Made by a program: the position numbers and the translations under genes
Shown here: positions 11,652-24,534 of the stretch, piece by piece
Position numbering within the stretch: the first letter of the stretch is position 1
Layout of the letters: each line of letters starts with the position of its first letter
Assembly: GCF_036321535.1 (NCBI RefSeq)
Contig: NC_087436.1
Location: 61,878,001 to 61,942,000, forward strand
DNA: 64,000 nucleotides
Source: Camelus dromedarius
Taxonomy: Eukaryota
Direction: 5' to 3'
Notes under the pieces: model-generated
Databases searched by the model: none
What the model saw: the letters and a program-made list of their open reading frames with translations, nothing else
Told to the model about the DNA's origin: nothing

Positions 11652-14600
11652 AGTTTTATCAAATTATAATTGACATACAATAAACAACACAGTCAAAATG
11701 TACAATTTGATGAATTTTGACAAATGTATACAAACATGAAACTATCACCACAGTGAAGAAAATGAACATCATTTATTACCCCAAGTTTCCTTGTTCCCAT
11801 TTTTAATGCCATGCTATTACCCTCTCCACTCTTACTCTCGATACCTTTGTCCAGAAGCAATCTCTAATCTCCTTTCTGTTATTATATATTAATTTGCACA
11901 TTTTAGAATTTTCTATAAATTTTATATAAGTAGAATCATAGCACTTCTTTAGTCTGCCTTTTTACTCAGCATAATCATTTTGAGATTCACCCATGTTTTA
12001 GTGTGCATGAAGAGTTCATCCTTTTTTAATTGCTGAGAAGTATTCTATTGTAGGATGTACCAAAATTGATCTATTCACCTGTTAATAGACATCTGGATTC
12101 TTTCCAGTTTGTGAATATCACAAATAAAACTGTTATGAACACTTGTTTTAAAGTGTTTGCTAGGCCCTCTACTTGCCTTTCTATTGCTAAATACCTAGCA
12201 GTATAAGGAGGGAATCATATGATATGTGTCTGTTTAACTTTTAAATATATTGCCAAACTGTTTTCTAAAGTGGTTGTATCATTTTATACTCCTACCAGGA
12301 GGGTATGAAAGTTTCAGTTGCTCTATATCCTCGCCAACAATTGGTATGAATGGACTTTTTAATTTTAGCCATTGTAAGACAGATGTTTAGTAGTATTCCC
12401 TTATTAATTTGCATTTCCTTCATGACTAATGATAATAAGCATCTCTTCATGAGCTTTCTTACTTGCCATCCATATATCTTCATTGGTAAAGTGTCTGTTC
12501 AAATCTGTTATTTTTATTTTGGGTGGTTTGATATGCTGTTATTGAGTTTTGAGAATTCTTTATAAATTCTAGATACAAGTCTTTAATATTGTATTAATAT
12601 ATAATATCCTAATCTGTGGCTTTTCTTTCCCTTATCTAACAGTATCTTTTTAACAGAAGTTTTTAATTTTAATGAAGTCCACTCCGTCGGTTTGTTCTTT
12701 TATGAGTTGTGTCTCTTGAGTTATACCTAAAAACTCCTTTGCTAACCCAGGTAATAAAATTTTTCTCCTAAGTTTTCTTTTAAATTTTTGTAGTTTTATA
12801 TTTTATATTTAGGACAGGTTCATTTGAATGGATTTTAATGTCCTTTGTGTATAAAGATTTATTTTTGCATGTGGATATCCAGTTGTTCCAAAATCATTTG
12901 GTGACAACACTATCTTTTCTCCACCACATTACCTTTGTAGCTTTGTTGAAAACAAGTAATCCATATATGTGTGGTCTATTCCTGGACTCCTCTTCTATTC
13001 ACGTAACTGATTTGTCCATTCTTACAATAATACTACACTGCCTTGATTACTGTTGCTTTATTATAAATATTAAAGTCAGGTAGTATTAATTTTGTTCTTT
13101 GCTCTTTTCCAACTTTGTTCCAACTTTGTTCTTTTCAAAATTGTTTTGGCTGTTCTAAACCTTTGCATTTTCATACAAATTTTTAAAATTAATTTGTCAA
13201 TTTCTTCAAAACCTTGATGGGATTTTGATTATGAATCTAAAGATAGATTTAGGGATAATTGGCGTCATAAAGATATTGAGTCTTTCCATTACAAACCAAG
13301 TGTATCTTCCTATTTCTTTAGGTGTCCTTTAAATTATCTTAGCAAATTTTTTTTAGCTTTCAGTGTTGAGCATTTTGGCATATTATGTCATATTTATCCA
13401 TTAATATGTAATATTTTCATGCTATTGTAACTGGTATAGTTGTTTAAATTTGAATTTCCAATTGCTTGTTGCTAGTATATAAAAGCTACAACTTTGATAA
13501 ATTCACTTATCAGTTCCAGTAGCCCTTTTTAAAAGTTTTCTTTGGATTTTCTACATATAAAATCATGCTGTCTGTGAATAAAGACATTTTTACTTCATTT
13601 TCTATCTGGATGCCTTTTGTTATTATTATTTACTTTATTACTTATATTGCCTTAGTATACTATTTAAAACTTCCTATAAAATGTTGAATAGAAGTGTTGA
13701 TAGAAGATATCTTTTTCTTGTTCCTGACTGCTAGAAGAAAGCATTCAATATTCTTCCTTTCTAGGAGAAATAAGTCTAGGGTAAATAAATCTCCTTTCTA
13801 GTTTACTAAGATTTTCTTTAATCAAGAAGGGATGTTAGAATTTATTAAATTTTTTCCCATGTCTATTGATAAATCTTTAGCTTTTTACTTTTTTTAGTTT
13901 TATATTGTGGCAAAATATGTGAATTGATTTTCAAGTGTTAATCTTTCATTTCTAGGATAAATCCCAATTGGTCATGATGTTTTTGTTTGTTTTCTTGCAT
14001 CTATGTTCATAAGAGATTGATCTGTAGTTTTCTCTTATTTTATCTCTAATTCGGTATCAGTAATTCTGGCTTTATGGAATGAATTTAGAAGTATTCTTTG
14101 CTTTAGATTTTCTGGAATAGATTGTGTAGTATTGGTATTGTGTTTTTCTCTAAATTCTTGCTTGAAAGAATTCACTAGTGAAAACTATCTGGCCTGGAGT
14201 TTTCTCTATTGGACAGTTTCTATCTACACATTCAGTGTTTTCAATAGATGAAAGACTAGTTGGGTTATCCGTCTTTCTTGAGCAAACCTCGGTAGTTCAT
14301 GTCTCAGTGAATTGATACATCTCGTCTATGTTGTCAGGTTTTTTGTTGTAAATTTGTTCATAACATTGTTATATTAGCTTTTCAGTATCCAGAGAATATG
14401 TATTAAAATCATTTCTCTTATTCCTAATATTTGTAATTTATTGGATTCAAGCCGTTGTGGATTTTAAATTTTGAGGTATTAAATGCTTTTGTATTTTGTT
14501 TTCTTAAGCATATTCCTAGGACAGAGTGAAGCTACTTGGAAGTAGTTTGAGCTATTTAGGTCTTCTATTAACATTTATTAGGTGGGGCCAGAGCAATGCC

Positions 14601-15185
14601 TAGTATAGGGTTATTTATTCTGTAATACCAGTAAAAGGCTATTTTCTTTACTCAGTTCAATGTCTCATGAACCATGAGGTTAGGTTAATCATTTTGGCTG
14701 GTAAGAAAAGGCACTATCCCTGGCCTTATGTGAACACTGAACATGCTTAACACCAACCCTTCCAGGTGGTTCTTCTCCCAACCCCAGCAATGATTAGTAC
14801 TCAGAGAAATACTCGAGTACTTCTGTGCAGATTTCTGGAATTTTCTCTCTGTGCAAGTTTCCTCTTTCCGGTACTCTGTCCTGCAAAGTCTCGTTGCCTT
14901 GGTCTCCCCAGCTTTTCATCTCTTTTACTTCAGTACAGGGAATCTACTGGGCTTTACCTGGGTTCTCTCTGCCTGTACCTTGGCTGGATACTCTTTCAAG
15001 GAAGTAATCTGGAACAATCACAGGGATCCCCTTGTTTGTTTCCTGGTCTCAGTGATCACTGCCCTTTGTTGTCTGATGTACAGTGTCTCACAAACTATTG
15101 TTTTATGTATTTTTCCCAGTTCTAGATTGTTTTAGGAAGGAGAAGAAACTCTGGTCTGGTCTGTTATTCCATCTTGGCTGAAAGG
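11652..15185 (-). mobile_element. Old L1 (L1MC/L1MD-like), internally deleted, with 3'UTR, ORF2 remnants and 5' end
   Basis: Reverse 3'UTR 'ataattgacatacaataaac...tgtacaatttgatgaattttgacaaatg'. ORF2 remnants (track ORF 12292-12483 '...MKRCLLSLVMKEMQI...MAKIKK'). Reverse L1M 5' terminus 'tctgttattccatcttggctgaaagg'. Confidence 0.85.
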
Positions 15186-16306
15186 CCACTCTGTTATTTC
15201 TTGTAAAAGATATTTTTATTACATTATTTTACAAAATACATTTGCCTGGGATCATCCCTCTGGTTCACATAGACTCAAAAGATTTCTTCCTACCTCATTT
15301 GCAATAAAATTTACAATGTCAATTTGGAAGTGATTTTACCAACTCTGAGAGGTACTGTATGTACTGTGAGATGCCATTCTAAATAGTTTTTATGAAGCTT
15401 ATTTTCAGTGTCAAACTGGGGTGAAAAAAGAACCTAATTGATTATAGTCAGAATGTCCTAAAACAAGTTTGATTTGGGGGCCTTTTTTATTCCTTCGGTA
15501 GATCTCCTTTTGCCACTGCTAAACTAAAACAATTAGCCTGTCTTGAAGATGGCTTCTTTCTAGAGAATGACTTTATCCCATATCACCAATCTTTTCTAAA
15601 GCATAAGCTGATAATTAATTTGTTAGCCAACTCCTCAAATCCAATGCACCAGGGCAAAAAACAAATATTATCTTAACAACTTGTCACTAGAATTAGTCAT
15701 CTAGAAGAAAATTTCCTTGTTTGGCAATATACATTTATGAGAAACCTGTGGGTGGAGAACAAGAAAATGATGACTTAAATTTGCCAGAAACAAGTCATCA
15801 AAACAAATTGGCTCTAAGAAGAAATGAAGAATAATTTGGGGGTGGGTAAAAAATAAAAATGAGCAGAGAGGGACAACATAGGAAGAAGCTGAAGTAACAT
15901 GGTAGGACTCTAAAATCTGAACCAGCAGAGACACCCCAGTACTTTTAAAAAACAGAATGAATAGTGTTTGTGTCTATGTTGTTCACATTTCTACAGTGTA
16001 AATGTGCTTTACCTCTCCAGATCTTCAGAAAAATGTTTGTGCCCAGAAATCCTTAGACAATCTTATGAAGCAGGATAAGATGTCTAGGAGAAAAAATCTT
16101 GATAATCCATCACTAGCTGATATAATACAGCAAGGCTTGACTAGTTCCAGTCCCAAGAGATAATTTATATAAATTACAAAAAATAGATACAATGAAAGTA
16201 GGAGATAAGCTCATGCCTTTATTTTGCTCAATGCCAGGATCACATTAATATGCTTGGTATATGAGGTATTTTATGGAATAGAAATGCACCTCTAAATTTC
16301 TCCTAA

Positions 16307-16896
16307 CGTGTTAGTTATCTATTGCTGTTGAACACGTTATCCCAAAATCTAGCAGCTCAAACAAGAAATATTTAATGGCCCACGTTTTCTGTGGGTCAGC
16401 AGTCAGGCTTGCCTTAGCTAGGTGCCTTGTCCCGCTAGGTGCAATTAATCCACCCAGCTGGATGCAGTCAAGCCTGTCACCTGGGGTTGTGATCTCTTCT
16501 GAAGACTCAAATGAAAGAAGATTCACTTCCAAGCTCACTCAAATAATTAAAAAAAAAAAACAAAAAACTTTCTCATGGGCTCTTAGACTAAAAATGTCAG
16601 TTCCTCACTGGTTGTTGGTCAGACACTTCCTTTAGCTTCTTGCTTAGTGGCTTCTCCACAGGGTGGAGCACACCATGGCAGTTGACTTTCCTCAGAGCAA
16701 GAGAGAACAATCATATAGAATTCAGTCTTTTTATAAGCTAATTTCAGAAGTGACATAATATAAATTTTTCCTGCATTTTATGTGTTATAAACGTGACTCT
16801 ATGTCCAGCCTACACTAAAGGGGAGGATATTATAAGAGGATGTGAATACTAGGAAGTAAGTATCCTTGTGGGCCATCTTAGAGACTGCCCACTACA
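16307..16896 (-). mobile_element. MaLR solo LTR, MLT1F-like
   Basis: 'tgttagttatctattgctg...cccaaaatctagcagctcaaacaa' to 'gggccatcttagagactgcccactaca'. TSD cctaa (16302-16306) / cccaa (16897-16901). Confidence 0.85.
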
Positions 16897-18755
16897 CCCA
16901 AGTAAAACAAAATGTGATAATTAATGCTCATCACTGTCAATCAAAGTAAATCATTAATTAACTTAGGGCCTAGATAGAAATAGATATCCCCCCCTTACGT
17001 TGGTTGAGAAAAACTTTAAGAATTTGTGAAATTGTCTAACTGTAGTTTATGTCTGAATGAGCTACGAATTCAAAAATAACAATGCTTAATTATAAGGTTA
17101 GCCCACTTGTAATTAAATAATTCTTTTATTGAAGCATTGTGTTCACGTAAGTTTAGAAGTTTTCTTTCGTATTTTTTAATAGTTGATAATATATTAGACA
17201 TTTTAATATGCAGGGGATTAAATTTTATGATTATATCCACATGGTAAGGAATAATCAGCATGCATAAGATGGAAATGTTTTCTGTAAAGTGAATTATTTC
17301 AACAGAAGTTGAAACACAGAACTAAGCACAATTGGTAAAGTTGCCCACATCCCTCACTACTTCTTTTCCAAAACTCTTGATGCATATAGTTAGATATTCT
17401 TGCCATTTTGATTGAAATAGCTAAGGACAGGCTACTTCAGCTGACATCTGGGTTATACAAGTACCAAATCAAACTAAATATATCCCCCACTCAAGTTGCG
17501 CTTCTTTTTAATTTTATGTTTTTGTTAATAGCACCAACATGCTTAGATTCTCAGCATCATCATTTCTTATTCTACATACCACTCATTCAGTTCTAAATTC
17601 TATGCATGCAATCACTCTCACATCTCATTGGCTCTATTTCCAGAGATACCAAACACGAATTATCTCTTCCTTGCATAAGCTTTCTTGGGCTTTCCTGATT
17701 CAAATTCTTTTCCCAATATTCTCTCCTTTTTATTCTTTTAAGAGTAAGCATCTCAAATAATACAATGTATCAGCCTCTTGTGGTATAATATTCACTCCTC
17801 AAACTTCCTAAGTTGAAACATGCTATTCTTTACCAAACTTACATTAAGGTTCTATCTCCTGTTCTCTTCCCGTGGCTGCTTCTGAAACGTAGCTTACTGT
17901 ATTTATTTTTGCTTGTTGTAAATTATACAATTTTTTCACCATCTTTCCATCTATACTACTACTACCTTTTCTACCAACATGTCTTAAACTTTTCTGTCCA
18001 GCAATAGTTCTAATTGTAATTCATTCATGGAAACTTACTTGATTGTGCTATCTAAAAGAAACATTACCCCATCCTAAATTGTGTTCATACTTAATATTAC
18101 ATTTTGTGTTTGTATATTTTATCACCCCTACTAGACTACAAAGTGATATTTATTATCAATGTTTTCCACCTAGTATCTATCACAAGATCTTATGTATAGT
18201 AGACTTCAAAGAAAGTGTAAAAGTTAATTGGATGACTAGACAAACCAACAGGATGGGTGTAAGCACCACCCCCACCTCATACACATATATGTAAACACAC
18301 ACATAAGTGCTTATTACATTTTGAGACGTCTCTGGGCACTTCTAGTGACAGGAATGGGTTCATCCGGACTCCCTGAAATTTTTTCTTTTAATAAACTGAA
18401 ATCTGACATTAATATCTTAGTCACTAAAAATTATAATAGTAGTAACAGTTGCTTGATAATTTTATATTAAGTTATAGCTTGTAAAATATTTTTACATAAA
18501 CAAAATTCAGTAATTTTCCTGAAGATTCACAGAATAAACCTTCTTTCTTATCTGCTGCTTTTCACTCCTCCCTAAATACTAACCGTGTGCAAAACTCTTC
18601 TATTTACTTTTCTTTAAAATTAGCATTAAATCTTCTTTGGGTATGCCAGAGAAAGGGTTATATTGTTAAACTAAAAAGAGTTCAAATAGTTTTAATAAGC
18701 ACTGTTATTCTAAAATAGGAAAGGGGCACTAAAAAGTCACTTTAAAGAATTAAAT

Positions 18756-18892
18756 GATAATTATGTGACTTGATAGAGGTGTTAGCTAATGTTAAATCAT
18801 ACTGTAATACATAAACACATCAAATCAACATATTGTACCTCTTAAACTTACACAGGTTATATGTTAAATGTCAATTATACTTTAATTTTAAA
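18756..18892 (+). mobile_element. Short L1 3' tail inserted into a MIR-like remnant
   Basis: 'atcaaatcaacatattgtacctcttaaacttacacaggttatatg...tcaattatactttaat' is an L1 3' end. Flanking direct repeat aaagaattaaat (18744-18755 / 18893-18904). Confidence 0.75.
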
Positions 18893-19754
18893 AAAGAATT
18901 AAATAAGGTAATGCATATAAAGCACTTACTAGCATGTCTTTGCAGAGAAAATCAACAGGGTAAATTATTATTTTTAACAAAAGTTTTAATATATATGGTG
19001 ACTATATAAATATATTTACCCTTTCTGGAAAACAATAAAAATAGTTAAAACAAAGTGTACATATGTGATAAGAAAATAATCTATAAATTTAGTAGTGCTT
19101 ATCTCTAGGTTATGAGGTTCTTGGTAATTTTAAATTTCTTTTATATATTTCTTTGCTATGAATATGTTTTATTTTATAATAAAAATGAAGTTTCATTTCT
19201 TTGACTGATAAACATGTCTTTTGTTGCTTTTTCACTTTGTGTCTCAACGTATTCTGAATCTAAAACTTCCTGACATTCTTCTCTCAGATTCACAAAATCT
19301 CAGATAAACAAATGTTCTTTTTATGCTTTGATATAACTTTTGTTCATCTTCTGTACAAGCTTATTCCATACTGATTTACTGAGTGATCACCTTGGCACTT
19401 TTGTTAATTTTTATTATAGTTTTTCTTACTTTCAGGTAAAAATTACTCAAGATTATTTTTCAGAATGGAATTATTGGATCATTGATTCTCAGCTGTTTCT
19501 GTTAAACATCCTTATACCCCTTGATGATCATTCCCATCAATATCAATAGCTCACTATGACAATACCCCAAATTAGGTATAGCAGAGTCTGTGTATATAGC
19601 ATCTTGTTGATTGTGTGTGTGTATGGTTAAAAAAAAAAAAAAAAAACTCACAAGTGATTCTGATAAAGTTCCCTTCAACCCCTCATTGAGATTGCTCCTT
19701 AAGAACTCCCATCCATCTGAGACATTTAATTTTCCAGGGCTTGGCTGTGGAACA

Positions 19755-19995
19755 CTATGGGGAGTGATGGAAATAGTCCTGGAGCTGTTACCGGGTGACC
19801 TAGGTTCAAGACCTTGCTCTGTCATTTACAAGTTTGTGATCCAAGGCAGTCACTTAGCCCCCTTTTTGCTTTCCTTCCTTGATTTTAAAATAGAGATAAA
19901 ATATCTCATAAAGTGGTTGCCAGGGTAAAATGAGTTAATGCGTAAGCTCTTTGTAGGATAAAAAAGGTTATATAATCAGTCATGCTTATTACTGT
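19755..19995 (+). mobile_element. MIR SINE
   Basis: 'gacctaggttcaagaccttgctctgtcatttacaagtttgtgatccaaggcagtcacttag...aaatgagttaatgcgtaag'. Confidence 0.75.
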
Positions 19996-20532
19996 TATTT
20001 TCTTTTAAGTTTGAAGTGTGCTTACTTAGCATGTAAAACCTCTTTCTCACTGTGCTCTATCTCCCAGCCTTTTCATTATTTTGAAATCCAAAGTCCCAGG
20101 CTCATTTTCAGGCTTTTTCACATTACCAATTCGTTTCAACTGGTTCTTTCTTATTGGTCAGACCACTCTGGGGATACTGTCGGTAAAGTCATCCCTAGAA
20201 AATGTGATATGCCTGATATCTAAAGATTATTAAATGCCTCCATAAATCCGTTGTCCTAGACATAGGCAAATTATTGAAATACAGATACTGTGATAGAAGT
20301 AGAGATAGAAAAAGGAAGATAGAAAATACAAAGTAAGAGCAGCGTTAATATTAAATATAGTGGATAAAAATAGGCTAGAGTAATCAGAGAATTTAATATA
20401 AACATAAAAAACCTGAGTGATTTTTTAAAAACTTAATACGGGATACTCAGTTGCTTAGTATCACTCAATGACTTCCATTGCATGTAGATTCAAGTTCCAA
20501 CTCCTAGATGTTTTTACAATTTGAAATTAATC

Positions 20533-20562
20533 TGTGTGTGAGTGTGTGTGTGTGTGTTTGTG
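20533..20562. repeat. (TG)n microsatellite
   Basis: Directly visible imperfect TG run. Confidence 0.9.
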
Positions 20563-21752
20563 CTATGAACATTGGGGTGCATCTTTTCAGGTTAGGGTTT
20601 TTGTTTTTTTCAGATCTATACCCAGGAGTGGAATTGTTGTGTCATATGGTAGTTCTATTTTTAGTTTTTTGAGAAACCTCCATATTATTTTCCACAGTGT
20701 CTGCACCAATTTACATTTCCACCAACAGTGTAAAAGAGTTCTCTTTTCTCCACATCCTTGCCCACATTTGTTATTTATGTTCTTTTTGATGATAGCCATT
20801 CTGAGAGGTATGAGGTGATAACCTCATTGTGGTTTTGATTTGCATTTCCAGGATTATTAGTGATTTTGAGTACCTTTTCATCTGTCTGTTAGTCATCTGC
20901 ATTTCCTCTTTGGGAAAAAAGTCTATGCAGGTCTTTTGCCCTTTTTTAAAATTGAATTGTTTATTTTTTTTATTTTGAGTTGTATGAGCTACTTAAATAT
21001 TTTGAATATTAACCACTTATGGATCATATCATTAACAAATATGTTCTCGTATTCAGTGGGTCATCTTTTTGTTTTGTCAGTGGTTTCCATTGCTGTGCAA
21101 AAAAGTTTAACTAGGCCCTATTTGTTTATTTTTGCTTTTATTTCCTTTGCTTTAGGAGATAGATCCAAAAAACAAATGGCTACAGTTTAAGTCAGAAAGT
21201 AGTATACCTGTGATTTCCTCTAGGAGTTTTATGGTTTCCAGTCTTACATTTAGGTCTTTAACCCATTTGACTTTATTTTTGTATATAGTGTTAAAGACTG
21301 TTCTAATTTTGTTTACATGTAGCTGTCCAGTTTTCCCAGCACCACTTATTGAGAACACTGTCTTTTCTCCATTGTGTATTCTTGTCTCCTTTGTTGTAAT
21401 TTAATTGACCACAAATACATGGGATTATTTCTGGGGTTATTGTCTATTCTGTTCCATTGATTTTTTTTTTAAGCCAGTATCATACTGTTTTGATTACTGT
21501 GTCTTTGAACTACAGTCTGAAGACAGGGAGCATGACTCCTCCAGCTCTGTTCTTCTTTCTCAAGACCTTTTGGCTATTTGGGCTCTTTTGTGTTTCCACA
21601 CAAATTTTAAAATTATTTGTTCTAGTTCTGTGAAAAATGCCATTGGTATTTTGGTAAGGGTTGCATTGCATCTGTAGATTGATTGGACAGTAAGTTCTTT
21701 TTAACAGCATTAGTTCTTCCAATTCAAAAATATGGTATATCTTTCCATTTGC
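20560..21752 (-). mobile_element. Cetartiodactyl-type L1 fragment, ORF2 C-terminal region (frameshifted)
   Basis: Track ORF 20587-20799 '[61 protein letters not shown]' is the L1 ORF2p Cys-rich C-terminal region. 21152-21358 contains 'KWVKDLNVRLETIKLLEE'. Confidence 0.95.
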
Positions 21753-23444
21753 TAAGCAACTTTAATTTTTGTGTGGTTTTTAATTCATTGACTAGTTAAT
21801 AGAAAATATTGATATAATAAAACCCAAAAAACCCATATCATTCTTAGTTACAATTTCCTACCATATGTGTATATTTTAAATGTAATGGGTGAAAAAGTAT
21901 TATAACCACTGTAAATATAATTGTTATTTGGATCTGCCATAATAACTGTAATAACTTTAGATCTTCTCTTAAATTTGTCATTTATGAAATATATAGTGCA
22001 TAGTTCTCATAATATGAAATATTCTTAAAAATATAGAATTTGAAGGGAATATCTATGTTTCCATTTCTTTATCTCCTTTTTTCTTTCCCCCAAATTACCA
22101 AATACGTTAAAATCTGAACTTCTCTGACTCGTGTTTTAAAGCCAACAAAACTCTTTACTATTGTGAAAGACTAACAGTGTCCCCAGTAGATTTATTACTA
22201 GTCCAGAGTAGAGCATCATTCTGTGTGCCATGCTCAACACTCCCAATTTCAATTTATTTCCTCACCTCAGAGTAACCTCAGATCTTTGACTAATGTCATT
22301 TGATAACAGAGTGCAATCCTGCATGACATATTTTCGGTTGCCAAAGACAATGATTTGATGAACACCTTTGAAATAGAATAAATCTCTTATACTATAAAAC
22401 AATCGGCCTGGTACACTTCTGCAACCACAGTGAACACTTTTCAGGGGTAAAAATGTCAACAAAATTTTCAAAAGACAATGAAGATATTCCAGCAGTAGTG
22501 TTATTCTCTGTACCTAAATCACCAGAATTATTATTACTGGTTCCCGCTGAAGCCACCTTTCCTGAAGTTACCAGCGATGCAGGTGCAAATGATATACAGG
22601 TGCAAATAATTGGCACAACTCTTCGATCATGAACATTGTGGAAATATGGGGGTGGTCTCTGAATAAATAGAAGGCAGAGTCTGCTTCCAAGGATTTTAAA
22701 AAAATCCCTTTAATCTAGACCATTAAATTAGAGCACTTCTATATTTAGAGCTAATTATGACAGAGAAACCAGTACTCCTTACTGTGAAAGTTGTTTATCA
22801 GAATTAAACTGCAAATCACCAAAATACTGATTCTCTACTGCAAAGCAATTCAGAATGTTTTTATACAGACATGTTTAAAATGACGTTCAAACGATCAAGA
22901 AAACGGCCTTCAGTACATTTCACTCTGATTTCATAGTCATGGTCGTGCTCTGGGGAATTCTGGCTTTTTTTTTCCCCCAAGAGGAGATGAAGTTGTTGTC
23001 TTCAAATAGTACAAAAGTCTATTTCAAATCTTAGTACCACACTGTTTGTGTTAGTGTTATGCTCCTGATTCAAATTTATATTAGTAGAATTTAACCCAGT
23101 GCTGGAAAAGAACAAATACAGTATTTACGTTTTTGGTCTATATATATTGCTTTATTTCTGATAAGAATTTTGAATGATTTTTCTTCCATCAAATATTATC
23201 ATAGTAGCACTATTAAATTTCTTCTTGGATTTTTAGAGATTAAACTTCCTTTAAGTTGTTTGTTAGCATCCAAAAAATACATTACAGATTGTTAATATAA
23301 ATCACCATGTTAGTAAAGATATTTTGTATATGGGAAATACTATCTAAAGTTGGAATGAAGCTTAAGCATATATGTGTGTGTGTGTATATACATACATATA
23401 TTTTTAATTTATTTAATGATTACTTATTCATATGCAATGAATAC

Positions 23445-23660
23445 TTATTATTTGCTGAGCACTATTATAAGTGTAATTTGTAAAGTCATTGACTGCTCAC
23501 AACAGCTCAATGAGGTAAGTGGTATTACCATCATCACGACAGTTCTCTAGATGAGAAAAATGAGACATGAAGAGGTTGGTCATTTTGCTAAAGTCACAAA
23601 GCTAGGCAATTGCAGAGTCAGAATTAGAAGACAGGCCACCAACCTTTAAAGCCTACTCAT
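23445..23660 (-). mobile_element. MIR SINE
   Basis: 'ctcacaacagctcaatgaggtaagtggtattaccatc...tagatgagaaaaatgagacatgaagaggtt...aaagtcacaaagctag'. Confidence 0.8.
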
Positions 23661-24534
23661 TTATTTAACCTCTTCTTTAATATATCTTGTTAGGCCTTGT
23701 AAATTTAGTGATGACATAGCATTATAGGGGCATATATAACTGACCTATAAACTTGTTCTTTTAATTGACTTTTTCATACAAATGACTCTTTTACTCCCTT
23801 CCATTTTAATATGCTCCCAACATTATCACGCTATTCTTCATTTTAATGCACTTCACAAGAGCCTGTGAATTTCAAATCAGTCAAATTAATATTCATTTTG
23901 TTTTCTTTTTTACCACAAGAGCCCCTGAACGAGTTAAAAGGCAACTATCAGTGATCCAATAGTTTTCTCTTTCTTGCTAATTTAAATTAGATGTACTGAG
24001 AACATAAGAGTTTCAGTGGGGGAATTTGAGGTTGTGTGGGAGTAGGGAAGATCTTAGTGGGATATTAAAAAACTCCAGTTTTAGATACTTCCCCTGTAAG
24101 AATCTTTGCTATAGATATCTTTGCCGCAAGCATTTTTGCCACTTAAGTAATTGCCCATATGGCAATTTTGCTGTAAAAGATAAAATAACAAAAAATAAAA
24201 GGGCATTAAAAAAGGACATAATGAATAATAAGAAATGAATAACAAAATTAAAAACACTTTATTGTGAAATACAAAACATTTGTGTTTCAAAATAAGAAAC
24301 CAGCTCTTGGGGTAGATCATCTGTTTGCTCCATAAATGCTAATACATTTCAACCAGTTGAAACCAAACTGTCAAAAGAAAAACTGTCAAGCAGTTATTTT
24401 ATCTTTCATGGCAAAATTGCCTAATCCAAAATTACTTATACAGGAAAGATGTTTAATGGCAAGGAAGCTTATAGCAAAAATACTGGAGAGGAAAAATGCC
24501 ATGGCCAATGTGGTAGAAATTCCTAGTTCTGTAT

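Noticed and set aside
20534..21722. Cluster of ORFs with real protein similarity
   Set aside because: They are frameshifted L1 ORF2p fragments, not a host gene.
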